Assembly (NCBI GenBank): GCA_035549495.1
Contig: DASZQV010000007.1
Coordinates: 251,601 to 315,600, forward strand
Direction: 5' to 3'
From: Rhizomicrobium sp.
GTDB taxonomy: Bacteria; Pseudomonadota; Alphaproteobacteria; Micropepsales; Micropepsaceae
Length of the DNA: 64,000 bases
Part shown: piece by piece, positions 51,501 through 59,577 of the stretch
Position numbering within the stretch: the first letter of the stretch is position 1
Layout of the letters: each line of letters begins with the position of its first letter
Notes under the pieces: model-generated
Database searches by the model: none
Told to the model about the DNA's origin: nothing
What the model saw: the letters and a program-made list of their open reading frames with translations, nothing else
Program-made: the position numbers and the translations under genes

Positions 51501-52183
51501 ACCGAGCCCTCCATGTCGACGCCGATCTCGCCCAGGCTGGACGTCGACGACGACGGCTTCAAGGTCATGGTGCCGATTGTGAGGTTGCCGACGAGGTCGG
51601 CGAGCGAATCGATCTGGATGCCGACGCTGCTGTCGCCGGTGATCGTCATCGTCGAATCGGTGAAGTCGACGTCGCCGAAGAAGTTGCGGATCGGATCGGT
51701 GGTGGTGGTCGAGCCTTGGAGCCACAGGCCCTTCTTGGTGTCGCCGGTGCCCGTCAAATCCACGACGCCCGCCACGGTGATGCCGTAGAAGCAGGTCGTG
51801 GTGTCGGTGCAACCCGTGCCCGTGGCCGTGGCGTTGCGGTCCGACGTGGTCAGATCGACCAGGATGCCGGTCGCGTCCGAGGCGTTGGTGTTGGTGATGC
51901 CGGTGCCGGTGACGGCCTTGAAGGCGTTGTCGGAGTTGATTGTGACGACCGCCTGGCCCTCGCTGGAGATCACGACGCTGCCGCCGGTGTCGAGCAGGAT
52001 GTCGCCCGGCGTGCCGTCGGGATCGCCCGGGGTCGCGTGCGCCGTGTCGATGGGGACCGTGATCTTGGTCGTGATGTCGCGATAGTCAGGGGTCTCGTCG
52101 GCGAAGGCCGGGGCGAAGACGGGCGAGGCCGCCAGGGCGGCCACGGCGACGGACAGCAACAGGATCTGCTTATTCAAGTCCAA
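48503..52183 (-). CDS. autotransporter (type Va): large beta-helical passenger plus C-terminal 12-strand beta-barrel
   Basis: 1226-aa ORF. Signal peptide (ILLLSVAVAALAASPVFAPAFA). Gly/Thr/Asn/Asp-rich passenger repeats. The C-terminal ~280 aa have alternating-hydrophobic barrel strands (TLWGQEF...GFVLGLDG...). The start is TTG 52183 or TTG 52177 (AAGGGG 6 nt upstream). Confidence 0.9.
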   Translation of the reverse strand: MDLNKQILLLSVAVAALAASPVFAPAFADETPDYRDITTKITVPIDTAHATPGDPDGTPGDILLDTGGSVVISSEGQAVVTINSDNAFKAVTGTGITNTNASDATGILVDLTTSDRNATATGTGCTDTTTCFYGITVAGVVDLTGTGDTKKGLWLQGSTTTTDPIRNFFGDVDFTDSTMTITGDSSVGIQIDSLADLVGNLTIGTMTLKPSSSTSSLGEIGVDMEGSVFGDVTVDGVMSISGTGSTAADLVGMEIDGDINGNLTILSTSAVTVVGAGAEGIVIKGNVNPCDVSVNVNCDTATSVGSIVNQSTVVATGISGDPTALSGNAIASSAFAIGGNVAGGFYNAGKTFSDDTTAAASITTSGLLPALLISPAVQGTDALNPIEIKVYQGDTTDPGFGVYNRGNISSTSPNYGDSTVAMFIGGTTDGTTATIDGGVFNSGTIRASAASNSDKSTPQNPVQALALHIAGYGLVGADETYVFTGNPQDGPDGFMYQGNKFLIDSTHDERAALVNSSAAGVGLISATVGGPLGGTAIAIQIDPHAALPSIINSGSIIAGASTSDTTISNLAAFGIIDNSGTLTFIQNNGTIQATATTLDNGDQIAIAIDLLGQDESSAAGDGVLILNEATADNSAKIVGDILFGTGKNQIVDVEGFSTDHTATITGDIAFGGGSDPGSDKLIIGDFATVTGKITADDQLGVSVDIKGGGTLNLENDSEALNAYSFLVEPNGTLNLTVKESFTSGMINAIGPAANAVEFDNGANLNITYGSFVPADSDFVLISAEKGTIVISDAQIDTYNAQLAQDLPFLFSSSTLAIDTADPNVDKLELTVIPKTADELGLTGYAKQILPFANQALTNDDTLGAAFVAGIANKDQAQTAYNEMAPDVTGGARAIAIALTDQSSGPVAARQRILRMYGKASGEVTLWGQEFAEFVQDPGNRSTGQTGFKDHGFGFVLGLDGGDPKTGWYGGALTFYSGDIVEPLPRDSHTNTLWYMLTAYTDWRGKGLFLDTKADIGYMDLKSKRFIDLTIPNASGVGSSKFIDEADGKRPGLVGAIGLTTGAVLAYGSTVITPQISLDGMTMREEGYTETHASPSATTGNGKGMLLQAQSYYASSARIFIGTEIREDLNFGDFFVQPDVRLGYRYDFLNDPTKLRVNFADVGTNSTPTPGPVFTVVGPDPAQGNFVAGASLSTTTDAWTLGANFDFVRGNNGATTEVGTIHLLGRI

Positions 52184-52395
52184 CCCCTTGATCTTGCGGC
52201 CGCTGATCCACGGGGCGGTCCCCCCACGCCAGCGCTACGTTAACGACACAGAATACCGGTTCCGGCGCGCCAAATTCCGGCTTTTCGGCGCAGCCCGGCC
52301 GGACGATACACAAAAGTCGAGCCGTCACCTAGCCTTAGGCGCGGCCAAAGGCAACTTTCTCCATTTTAATCAGGCATTAGAGGGTTGGGTGAAGA

Positions 52396-53718
52396 ATGCG
52401 CCTCGCGTCATCCTTAACGCCCGGGTTCAACCAGACGATGCAGCCTCCTCGCCGCACCAGCTCCTCCAGACTGACGCAGAAAGAGGTGTCGGCCGCGGTG
52501 GCGCGTCACGAGATGCTCTATTCCGGCCGCATGGGCGGCGCGCGCGCCGTCTTCGCCTTCTGCGACCTGTCGGGTCTGGACCTCTCGGGGCGCAACCTCG
52601 CCGATGCCGATTTCACCGGCGCGATCCTGGAGGAAGCCAACCTCGCCGGCAGCCGCATGGACTCGGCGAGCTTCTTCGCCGCCGATCTGCGCCGCGCCAA
52701 TCTTTCGGGCGCGAGCCTGCGCCGCTCCGACCTGCGCGGCGCGTGCCTGCGCGGCGCCAATTTGATCGGCGCCGATCTCTACGAAGCCGATCTGCGCGAA
52801 GGCACCATCGCCGAAAAGGACAAGTACGGGAATCTGCGCGTGCTCCAGCACGACGTCGGTCCGTCCGAGATGGGAAGCGCGATGCTCAATTCCGCCAATC
52901 TAGAGCGCGCCAAGATGGGCGGCGCGGTCGCGATCCAGGCCGACTTCACCGACGCGATGATGAAGGGCGTGCGCCTGGTGCGCGCCAATCTTCGCCAGGC
53001 GATCTTTGCCGGCGCCAATCTCGAAGGCGCGGACCTTTCCAATTGCGACCTGTCGGGCTGCGACCTCTCCGGCGCGATCCTGGTCGGCGCGCGGCTGAGC
53101 ATGGCGCAGACCCAAGGCGCCGACATGACGGGCGCGCTCACCGAAGCGGCGAGCGGCCTCGTCCCCGCCGATCTCACCACGCCGATCGAGGAGCTGCTCG
53201 GCAGCCACGCGCGCTGGGTCGAGACCGACGGCCGCGACGGCAGGCCGGCCGACCTCTCGCGCATGGATCTGCGCAAGCTGGGCTCGCTGGCGCACCGCAT
53301 GCTGACCGCGCTGATCGCGCCGGACGCCAATCTCTACGGCCTCGATCTTCAAGGCGCGTCGCTGCAGGGGAGCAATCTCTCGGGCGCCGATCTGCGCTCG
53401 GCCAAGCTCAGCGGCGCCGACCTGCGCGGCGCGAATCTGACCGGCGCCAAGCTGAACCACGCCGATCTGCGCGACGCCAAGCTCGGGCCGCTGATGATTT
53501 CCGACGCGCGGCTCCTGCCGGCGCGGCTCGACCAGGCGGTCGCGCGCTATGCCGATTTCCGCGGCGCCGATCTGAGGCGCGTCAACATGGCCGGCGCCGA
53601 TCTCGCTTACGCCAACATGAGCGACAGCGATCTGCGCGGCGCCGATTGCGCCACCGCCGATCTCACCGGCGCCAAGCTGCCGCGCGACATGGCGCAGACG
53701 AGCGCAGCCTCGGCTTAG
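52396..53718 (+). CDS. pentapeptide-repeat protein (two repeat modules)
   Basis: Dozens of A(D/N)LxG pentads (ADLRRANLSGASLRRSDLRGACLRGANLIGADL...). The start could be M15 (52438). Confidence 0.85.
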   Translation: MRLASSLTPGFNQTMQPPRRTSSSRLTQKEVSAAVARHEMLYSGRMGGARAVFAFCDLSGLDLSGRNLADADFTGAILEEANLAGSRMDSASFFAADLRRANLSGASLRRSDLRGACLRGANLIGADLYEADLREGTIAEKDKYGNLRVLQHDVGPSEMGSAMLNSANLERAKMGGAVAIQADFTDAMMKGVRLVRANLRQAIFAGANLEGADLSNCDLSGCDLSGAILVGARLSMAQTQGADMTGALTEAASGLVPADLTTPIEELLGSHARWVETDGRDGRPADLSRMDLRKLGSLAHRMLTALIAPDANLYGLDLQGASLQGSNLSGADLRSAKLSGADLRGANLTGAKLNHADLRDAKLGPLMISDARLLPARLDQAVARYADFRGADLRRVNMAGADLAYANMSDSDLRGADCATADLTGAKLPRDMAQTSAASA

Positions 53719-54386
53719 CGCGGACACGCCGCGAAGACGTGGAAACCGCGATCCGCCTGGACGGCATGCGTGTCGTAGGTCCTGACCTCGATCGCGCCGG
53801 CCGTGCCCGATTGCGAGACGGTGATCAGGCCCGGATCCTCCGTCCCGCTGGTTCCGCTCAGCCCGATCGCGGCCGTATAGGCACAGAAGGGCGCGACGTT
53901 CGGGTTGGTGAAGGTGACCGTGTAGTCGCCCGTGCCGACACGCGCCGCGCTGCTCGCAAGGATGCCGCGCGCCAGGCTGCCGTCACTGTTCACCACCGCC
54001 GCCCCATCGGACGTCGTGTCCTGGCAGTGCACGATCAGATGGAAGCCCGAATCGATCGCGTTGCCGCGATTGTCGTAGGTCGAGACCACGACCGTGTCGC
54101 GGTCGCCGACCTTGCGCACGGCCGTGGCGACGGCGGTCGTGGGCACGGCGGTGTCGCTCGTGCCCGGAGTGACGACGTAGGCGCAGGTCTTCAGGTCGGA
54201 GGAGAAAGCGACCTCGTACTGGCCGCTGCCCGCATGAGTCACGAGCGCCTTGCCGGCGCGCACAGGCGTGCCGTCCGCGGCGACGACGAGCTGGGTGTTG
54301 AAGCCGAGGGGCGCGGCGAAGGCGCCCGCGAAGGCACCAGGCGCGACAGCCGCGAAAGCGAGCGAAAGGAGCGTTGCGTTTCTCAT
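53715..54386 (-). CDS. secreted protein with two tandem copies of an unassigned ~95-aa 2-Cys domain
   Basis: Signal peptide MRNATLLSLAFAAVAPGAFAGAFA. Each half ends in D-x-GFH(L/V)-x-(V/A)-x-C. SD GAGGGG upstream. Confidence 0.7.
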   Translation of the reverse strand: MRNATLLSLAFAAVAPGAFAGAFAAPLGFNTQLVVAADGTPVRAGKALVTHAGSGQYEVAFSSDLKTCAYVVTPGTSDTAVPTTAVATAVRKVGDRDTVVVSTYDNRGNAIDSGFHLIVHCQDTTSDGAAVVNSDGSLARGILASSAARVGTGDYTVTFTNPNVAPFCAYTAAIGLSGTSGTEDPGLITVSQSGTAGAIEVRTYDTHAVQADRGFHVFAACPR

Positions 54387-54395
54387 GGTCCCCTC

Positions 54396-54815
54396 CTAGC
54401 AGGCGACGAGAAGATGGAAGGGACGGTCGCGCTGCACGCCGCGCGGGCCGAAGGTCTGGACGAACACGCCTTGCGCAAAACCCGACGAGCGCACCACGGT
54501 CATGGTGCCGCCGGGCTCGGCGGCGCCGCCGCCTTTCAGGGCGCGGCTGAGCGAGCCCACATAGATGCAATTGGTCACGTCGACCGGGAACTGCGGGATG
54601 TAGACGCCGGTGGTGGCCTGGAACACGCTGGTGCCGGCCGAGCCGCGCACCTTGTTGCCGTGCTTGTCCACGACGATGAAGTAGGTCGCGGAGGGCGCCG
54701 CCGGCGGCGCGCCATGCACGCGCGCGGCGTAGGAATTGTCGAGCATCGGATCGGCGGTCGCGGCCGTGCCGAGCGCCATCGCCAAAGCGGCGACGCTTAG
54801 GATACGAAATCTCAT
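54396..54815 (-). CDS. secreted protein with one copy of the same 2-Cys domain
   Basis: Track ORF trimmed to MRFRILSVAALAMALGTAATA (signal peptide). C-terminus DRPFHLLVAC. 9 nt upstream of its paralogue. Confidence 0.7.
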   Translation of the reverse strand: MRFRILSVAALAMALGTAATADPMLDNSYAARVHGAPPAAPSATYFIVVDKHGNKVRGSAGTSVFQATTGVYIPQFPVDVTNCIYVGSLSRALKGGGAAEPGGTMTVVRSSGFAQGVFVQTFGPRGVQRDRPFHLLVAC

Positions 54816-54864
54816 GGCGGTTCCCCTCAAATCGGCCGGAGCATGACTCAACGGCGAAGGCGAG

Positions 54865-55455
54865 TCACGCCGCGAACACCAGCGAGAGGTTGTTTGCCGG
54901 CATCCCGACGATCCGCTTGCAGGCAAAGCCGCTTCGTGACGCTTCCAGGACGACATCCTCGAGATTGCGCACGCCGGATTCGGAATCGCGCGTCTTCAGC
55001 CAGGCGTCGAATTCCGCGTTCGACGGCGCGGTGTGGCGGCCCTCGCGCATGAACGGTCCATAGAGAAAGACGATCACGCTTCGCACGCGGCGCGCGCCGT
55101 CGAACAGCGCCGCGGTCGCGGGCCACGGCGCGATATGGATCATGTTGATCGCGACGACGGCATCGAACGGACCTTCGGCGCTCCAGTCGCGCACGTCGAT
55201 GTCGAGCGGCGGCAGGACGTTGGCGAGGTTCTCTTCCGCGATCCGCGCTTCGATGCTGGCGCGCGCCTCCGGATCGGGATCGCTCGTCTGCCACTGAATG
55301 CCGGCGAGCGCGCGCGCGAAATGCATCGCGTGCTCGCCGGTGCCCGAGGCGATCTCGAGCACGCGGCCCTTTTGCGGCAGCACCTCTTTCAGCACGCTCA
55401 GGATCGGCGCGGCGTTGCGCGCGACGGACGGCGAGGTGCGGCGCGCCCCGCTCAC
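54865..55455 (-). CDS. DUF938-family class I SAM-dependent methyltransferase
   Basis: SPSVARNAAPILSVLKEVLPQKGRVLEIASGTGEHAMHFA...WQTSDP matches the DUF938 signature. GTG start with GTGA overlap with the esterase stop. Confidence 0.85.
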   Translation of the reverse strand: MSGARRTSPSVARNAAPILSVLKEVLPQKGRVLEIASGTGEHAMHFARALAGIQWQTSDPDPEARASIEARIAEENLANVLPPLDIDVRDWSAEGPFDAVVAINMIHIAPWPATAALFDGARRVRSVIVFLYGPFMREGRHTAPSNAEFDAWLKTRDSESGVRNLEDVVLEASRSGFACKRIVGMPANNLSLVFAA

Positions 55456-56354
55456 GCGCGCGGCGTGCGGGCGCGGATGAACTGTCCGAGCCGCTGCAGG
55501 CTGACGCGCGCCTCGGGCACGTAAGGGTTCGCCTGGAAGACGTGCTGCATGCCGTCATAGATCTCGATGCTGACCGAGGTGCCGGCTTCCGCCGCGCGGT
55601 CGCCCAGCCGGCTGGCGTCGTCCTTCAGCATCTCGAAGCTTCCGGCATGGACCATCACCGGCGGGAAGTCGCGGAAATTCGCGAACGCGGGGCTCGCGTA
55701 AGGATCGGCCGGATTGGTCTTGCGCAGATAATGCCGCGCCGAAAGGAACAGGAGCTCCCAATTGAGCGCGGTGTCGTGGCTGCGGTTGGACAGCACGCTC
55801 ATGCCCGAGAGCGAGAGGTCGGCCCAGGGCGACATCGCCACGCCCGCGGCCGGCATCGGCAGTCCCGCATTGCGCGCCGCGAGCAGGATCGCGAAGGCGA
55901 GCCCGCCGCCCGAGCCGTCGCCGGCGACGACGATCGAGCGCGGATCGATCTCGCGCGCGATCAGATGGCGATAGGCGTCGATGCCGTCGCGCACCGCGGC
56001 GGGATAGGCGAACTCGGGCGCCAGCCGATAGGCGGGCACGAAGGCGTGCGCCTCGGAAGCCTGGCATAGCCGCGCGATCAGCGGGCGGTGCGTCTCGGGC
56101 GAGCCAGCGATGTAGCCGCCGCCGTGGAAATAGAGAATCAGCCGGTCCGCGGGCGCGCTGCCATGCTTGACCCATTCGCCCTTGATCGGGCCGATCTGGC
56201 CGGGCTCGAACGACACGTCGCCCGGCGCCGCCCCGAAGCGGTCGGAAAGATACGTGTACTGACGGCGCAGCTCCGCGATGTCGGTCGCGGCCCCCACCAC
56301 CGGTTGCGACAGGCGGGCGAAACGGCGGAACAATTCACTCTGCCAGGACGGCAT
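55452..56354 (-). CDS. alpha/beta hydrolase, hormone-sensitive-lipase-like esterase
   Basis: Oxyanion HGGGY. The nucleophile-elbow region reads VAGDGSGGG, a variant of GDSAGG. Asp/His lie in the C-terminal part. Confidence 0.86.
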   Translation of the reverse strand: MPSWQSELFRRFARLSQPVVGAATDIAELRRQYTYLSDRFGAAPGDVSFEPGQIGPIKGEWVKHGSAPADRLILYFHGGGYIAGSPETHRPLIARLCQASEAHAFVPAYRLAPEFAYPAAVRDGIDAYRHLIAREIDPRSIVVAGDGSGGGLAFAILLAARNAGLPMPAAGVAMSPWADLSLSGMSVLSNRSHDTALNWELLFLSARHYLRKTNPADPYASPAFANFRDFPPVMVHAGSFEMLKDDASRLGDRAAEAGTSVSIEIYDGMQHVFQANPYVPEARVSLQRLGQFIRARTPRA

Positions 56355-56509
56355 TACGCGGCGGACTCGTGATGGCGGCGGGCGAGGATAGGCCTAACGC
56401 CGCGAGCCTGTCACGCGGCGCGGCAGATTGCGGAAATGACACGAAGCGCCGGGCGGAGTTTCCTTGCAATCGGGTGCTTCAGGCATGAAATTCCCGGGGC
56501 GGGGGTTGC

Positions 56510-57601
56510 GTGCGCAGCGAAGAAATTTACGAGGCCCTGTTCGACGACGAGGCGCTGGCGCGTCTGCCGGATTTGCTTTGTCGCGAGGCGGCCGCACGTT
56601 CGGCGATGCTCTTTTGGCGTCACAATGACGGCCTGTCCGAGACATTGGCCTACAATTATTTCCCGAAAGCGATGATGGATGTCTATGGCGCGGAGTGGGC
56701 GGCGCGCGACCCATGGGTCATCGGCGGGCTGAAATCCGGCCGCATCAATGAAATGGTGCATCTGGAGCCTTATGTGCCGGCACCGATCTACGAGAACTCG
56801 GGCTTCTACAACGAGTTCATCCGGCGCCACGACGACGATACGTTTCACTGCACGGGCGCGATTTTGCAATCCGCCTGGGGCCAAGGCGTGATCGGCGTGC
56901 AGCGAGGACGCAGAGACGCGACATTCGATGCGGGCGAGGTCAAGCGGCTTGCGGGCATTTCCGCCCATGTCGAACGCGTGCTTCGGGCGCGCGGGGAAAT
57001 CGCATCGGCCCGGCGCGCGGCCGCTCTTGCGCAAGGCGCCCTGGACGCCGTCGGCCTTGTCGCGATCACGCTCTTGCCCGGCGGGCGGATTTTCCACAGC
57101 AATCCCGCCGCCGAAATCGTTCTGAAGCGCGCCGACGGCCTCGTCGCCAGGAAGGGAAAGCTGGGAGCCGTGCATCTTGCCTCCGCGAAGCGGCTTGAAG
57201 CAGCGATCGCCCGCGCCACGGCATCCTTTGGCCCTGCCGCCGCCGCCGCGATGGTCGACCGCGGCGAGGGCGAGCCGGCCTATCTCGTCACGATCACGCC
57301 CTTGAGCGGTCGCACCGGCGAGCCCGCCGCCTTGCTGCTGTTCCGCGATCCCGCGGCGCCGGACGATTCGCTGACGATGCGCCTGCGCGCGCTGTTCGGC
57401 CTGACGGACGCGGAAGCCGCGGTGGCGATCGGCCTTGCCGGCGGGTCTGCGCTCGCCGATATCGCCCGCCATCGCGGCGTGAGGGTCGCCACTCTCAGAT
57501 CCCAACTCAAATCCATCGCGGCAAAGACCGGATGCAACCGGCAATCCGAGCTCGTGGCGCTGCTGCGCCGCCTGCCGCCGATCGCGCGCGCCGGCAGCTA
57601 G
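56510..57601 (+). CDS. LuxR-family (HTH) transcriptional regulator with N-terminal sensory domains
   Basis: C-terminal LTDAEAAVAIGLAGGSALADIARHRGVRVATLRSQLKSIAAKTG is a LuxR/GerE HTH. GTG start. Confidence 0.8.
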   Translation: MRSEEIYEALFDDEALARLPDLLCREAAARSAMLFWRHNDGLSETLAYNYFPKAMMDVYGAEWAARDPWVIGGLKSGRINEMVHLEPYVPAPIYENSGFYNEFIRRHDDDTFHCTGAILQSAWGQGVIGVQRGRRDATFDAGEVKRLAGISAHVERVLRARGEIASARRAAALAQGALDAVGLVAITLLPGGRIFHSNPAAEIVLKRADGLVARKGKLGAVHLASAKRLEAAIARATASFGPAAAAAMVDRGEGEPAYLVTITPLSGRTGEPAALLLFRDPAAPDDSLTMRLRALFGLTDAEAAVAIGLAGGSALADIARHRGVRVATLRSQLKSIAAKTGCNRQSELVALLRRLPPIARAGS

Positions 57602-58950
57602 GGCGTCAGCTCGAAGACCGTGCCCGCCCCGGTCGCGTTGCCGCCGCTACCGGTCGTACCGAAGAAGTTGCCTGCGTCGTCGCGGAAGATGCTTCTTGGC
57701 GCGCTGCCGTCGGAGCAAGTTCCGCCGTCGTGGCAAAACGTGTACAGAACATTGAACGAGCTTCCGCTCAGCTCGTAGAACACGCCGTATCCCAGTCCGT
57801 TGCCGCCTTCGCCCCAGGGGCCGATCAGCGTCGTTCCGAAAATGTTGCCGCTGCCGTCCAACACCAGCTGGCCTTGAGCGTACTCCAGGAACTCCCCCTG
57901 TTCTTCAAGGCCGTCCGTGCAGTTCTCGAGCTGGCAGAAGCTGTGGAGCACGGTCTCCTGCCAGGTCGTCCCGGCCGGCGTCAGCTCGAAGATGGTGCCG
58001 CAACCGTTGTCATAGGGACACGCCGTCGATATCCCGCCGGCGGCAGTCACGCCGAACAGGTTTCCGTTCCTGTCCATGACCAGCCCGCCATAGGGAGAAT
58101 TGCCGTCGCCGAAGCCAAAGCTGAAGCTGTGAAGCACGGCTTCCTGCCACCTGGTCTTCTTCTTGTTGGGCGTCAGCTTGAAAATTACGCCCGGATTGTC
58201 GTGGCCGCCGGCCGCCATGCCATAGAGCGCGCCCGCGGCGTCGATCAGCAGCCCGGAATGCGGGAACGCGCCGTCGTCGCAGTCCCCGCCCAGCGGACAG
58301 AAGGAATAGAGGGTCTTGAAGTCCCAGCGTTTCGCAGTACCCGGCGCGATCTGGAACACCAGCCCTCTTCCATGGGCGCCGTTCATCTCCTCCACGCCAT
58401 AGAGCGGCGAGACGCCGTCGTAGAGCGCGCCGCTCGACGCGCCGGCATAAGTCAACGCGAAGCCGCTCGTGGGCGTGCTGCACTGCGTATTCTTGCAGAA
58501 CTCGTGCAAGATCTTGAGCTTCCATTTCTTGCCGCCCCGCGGCATCAGCTCGAAGACCAGACCGCCATAGACTTTCCCGCCGTCCATGACGGTGCCGTAG
58601 ATATTGCCCGCCACGTCCATGATGAGGGGGCTGGTCGGATGTCCGCCGTCACGCGGAAGCGAATCGTCGGTGAGATTGAAGGCGTGCAGCACGCGCTCCT
58701 TCCACTTCGTGCGCTTGGCGTTCGGAACGAGCTCATAGACCATTCCCGCGTTGCCGCCGTATTGGGTCACGCCGAACAGATCCCCCTGGCCGTCCCGCAG
58801 CAGCCCGCCGGACGGAAACTCGCCGTCGGAGCAAGGTTCGCCGCGAACGCAGAACGTATAGAGCGTCTCGAGCGTCGAGGCCGATGCGCAGCCGAGCGGA
58901 ACGAATGCCGCCGCCGCGGCGACCGAGAGCAAAAGCACGCGAAGACTCAT
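57598..58950 (-). CDS. secreted Cys-rich tandem-repeat protein (resembles 'GloVer' choice-of-anchor repeats)
   Basis: Start set at MSLRVLLLSVAAAAAFVPLGCASA, preceded by GGGAGG. About 8 repeats of the type G-x-L(Y/F)G(T/V)T-x-GG...G-x-(V/I)F(E/K)L-x-P...W-x-x-x-VLHSF. Confidence 0.78.
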   Translation of the reverse strand: MSLRVLLLSVAAAAAFVPLGCASASTLETLYTFCVRGEPCSDGEFPSGGLLRDGQGDLFGVTQYGGNAGMVYELVPNAKRTKWKERVLHAFNLTDDSLPRDGGHPTSPLIMDVAGNIYGTVMDGGKVYGGLVFELMPRGGKKWKLKILHEFCKNTQCSTPTSGFALTYAGASSGALYDGVSPLYGVEEMNGAHGRGLVFQIAPGTAKRWDFKTLYSFCPLGGDCDDGAFPHSGLLIDAAGALYGMAAGGHDNPGVIFKLTPNKKKTRWQEAVLHSFSFGFGDGNSPYGGLVMDRNGNLFGVTAAGGISTACPYDNGCGTIFELTPAGTTWQETVLHSFCQLENCTDGLEEQGEFLEYAQGQLVLDGSGNIFGTTLIGPWGEGGNGLGYGVFYELSGSSFNVLYTFCHDGGTCSDGSAPRSIFRDDAGNFFGTTGSGGNATGAGTVFELTP

Positions 58951-58999
58951 CGATCCTCCCTGACGAACCCGTGAACACGGAACGGCAGCGGACATCTCG

Positions 59000-59014
59000 A
59001 CACCGGCGCGGTGT
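59000..59014. promoter_or_regulatory. 15-bp perfect palindrome upstream of the repeat-protein gene
   Basis: ACACCGGCGCGGTGT, about 50 nt upstream of ATG 58950. Confidence 0.3.
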
Positions 59015-59065
59015 TTCTGTCATGCCCCATTTGGGGGATGGGAGAACGCGCGACGGCGGCGGCGA

Positions 59066-59100
59066 ACGAAAAGGCCGGGCCGCTTTCGCGGGCCCGGCCT
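59066..59100 (-). terminator. rho-independent terminator of the hsp20 gene
   Basis: Minus strand: AGGCCGGGCCCGCGAAAGCGGCCCGGCCT followed by TTTTCG. Confidence 0.65.
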
Positions 59101-59127
59101 CTCCGGTACGCGTCTGCCTGGGGCCGA

Positions 59128-59577
59128 TCAGGCGGCCTTGGCCGACCCTTCGATGGCCTTCAGTTCGGGCGCGTTGATCGCGATCCGGCGGGGCTTCTTC
59201 TCCTCGGGAATCTTGCGCTCCAGATCGACATGGAGCAGGCCGTTCTCGAGCTTGGCGCCCTTGACCTCGACGTGCTCGGCGAGCTGGAAGCGGCGCTCGA
59301 ACGCGCGGCCGGCGATACCGCGATAGAGATAGGACGGCGTGTCGGACTCCTCGTGCTTGCCGGTGACCGAGAGCACGCCGTCGCGGACCTCGACGTTCAG
59401 GTCCTTCTCGCCGAAGCCGGCGACCGCGACCGTGATGCGATAGGCATTATCGGCGTTGCGCTCGATGTTGTACGGGGGATAGCCCTGGCTGGTGTCCGCA
59501 ACCTGGTCGAGCATGTCGAACATGCGGTCGAAGCCGACGGTCGAGCGGAACAGCGGGGAAAAGTCGAAACTGCGCAT
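59128..59577 (-). CDS. Hsp20/alpha-crystallin-family small heat-shock protein (IbpA-like)
   Basis: Trimmed to MRSFDFSPLFRSTVGFDRMFDML, preceded by AGGAGG. Alpha-crystallin domain (YPPYNIERNADNAYRITVAVAGF...RGIAGRAFERRFQLAEHVEV...ENGLLHVDL). Confidence 0.9.
   Translation of the reverse strand: MRSFDFSPLFRSTVGFDRMFDMLDQVADTSQGYPPYNIERNADNAYRITVAVAGFGEKDLNVEVRDGVLSVTGKHEESDTPSYLYRGIAGRAFERRFQLAEHVEVKGAKLENGLLHVDLERKIPEEKKPRRIAINAPELKAIEGSAKAA

Noticed and set aside
48521-52243. Very long ORFs antisense to real genes. Examples are the 1240-aa ORF opposite the autotransporter, 11525..13441 and 17785..19773 opposite the M13 peptidases, 13515..16205 opposite the RND gene, and 21920..25186.
   Set aside because: Their translations are Arg/Gly/Ala/Asp-rich low-complexity sequence with no motifs. 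They mirror the frame of a convincingly coding gene on the other strand. This is the expected stop-codon depletion of GC-rich DNA, not overlapping genes.
52560-53700. A regular ~15-bp periodic repetition (ggcgccgatctgcgc-like units) that could be mistaken for a tandem repeat or CRISPR-like array.
   Set aside because: The periodicity is the coding repeat of a pentapeptide-repeat protein in one continuous ORF. There are no unique spacers, no leader and no cas genes.
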